Position numbers and translations under genes: made by a program. The notes under the pieces are model-generated. The model searched no databases. It had not been told where the DNA came from and saw only the letters and a list, made by a program, of their open reading frames with translations. Of a DNA stretch of 64,000 bases, positions 63,403 to 64,000 are shown in pieces. The stretch is from positions 1-64,000 of the forward strand of contig CBDAOY010000005.1 of NCBI GenBank assembly GCA_965198225.1, written 5' to 3'. The DNA comes from Terriglobia bacterium. Lineage in GTDB: Bacteria; Acidobacteriota; Terriglobia; 20CM-2-55-15. Position 1 is the first letter of the stretch; the number at the start of each line of letters is the position of its first letter.

Positions 63403-64000
63403 ACTATTCCCCGATCCGATTCCTGACACCGCGTCGGCCGGAATTTCGCTCTCGCTTCCTGACACCGCGTCGGCCGGAATTTCGCTCTCGCTTATATCCG
63501 CACCTACCGCGCAGGGCTCTAGGTCGATGTTTGTCTTCTCGGTTGCCCGCCCTTTCGTCTGCGGGTGCCACATCATCTCGACCTTACCTTCCGCTCGGAC
63601 GATACCAGGCCTCCCTGGGTCACTCGCGTCTCTTCTCCACCGTGTCGCCCGCACACACCTTGGTGCGATGGGGTGGAACCAATGCGCCTTCGCCCCAATA
63701 GTGCGGGCTCGACCATTCCCCATCTTTGGCCGACCGGTTCATCCTCGGGATGGCTCCCGTCGATTACGACCCGGTGGTTCTCCTCATGCCCTTCAGACCC
63801 CACCTCGCGGTGGGCGCCCTGCCCTCCAAAGTTTCCGTAGCTGGCTCCAGCTTTGCCTTGGCCGTATCCGGCTTTCGCCTTCGTGCCCGTTTAGGCATCT
63901 GCACTACCTGTCTACACTTCGGCCAGTGAGGCATTACCCCCACTTGTTGGATATCGACCCGTGGCCTCGGGCCGAGCGGGACTTTAACCCGCCGGCGTGC
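63403..64000 (-). mobile_element. ORF-less group II intron copy A, 5' half (runs off window edge)
   Basis: Repeat of 62810-63390 with a 36-bp internal duplication. Confidence 0.88.

Overview
This is a GC-rich bacterial chromosome segment. It is probably from Acidobacteriota, inferred from the Acidobacterial-type VWA protein, the RC-cytochrome-c-family diheme protein and the TPR-CHAT/ECF loci. The core (about 9-59 kb) is mostly intact housekeeping and repair genes: ilvD, panE, rpiA, folE, nth, an MrfA/YprA-type helicase with a YprB-type exonuclease, pepA, an aconitase-family protein, queD, ligD, an RNase II-family protein and qor. Three or four families of short structured repeats are scattered through it. 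Both ends are mobile-element hotspots. The most striking structure is at the right end. A cysteine synthase gene is interrupted by an RT-encoding group II intron, which is interrupted in domain III by an ORF-less group II intron, which is in turn interrupted at the same site by another copy of itself. The ORF-less intron's EBS1 loop (ACUAUU) is exactly complementary to its own domain III sequence AAUAGU, so it appears programmed to insert into itself and into other group II introns. A further copy lies at 3.8-4.9 kb, next to an IS256. Other candidates are an unannotated, stand-alone 41-aa RiPP-precursor-like peptide (27757-27882) and a divergent ECF sigma/anti-sigma/histidine kinase versus Tat protein/TPR-CHAT protease module with a perfect 24-bp inverted repeat between the two arms. 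The first 8 kb has many frameshifts, which may be sequencing errors. All calls are by eye from motifs; no database searches were run.
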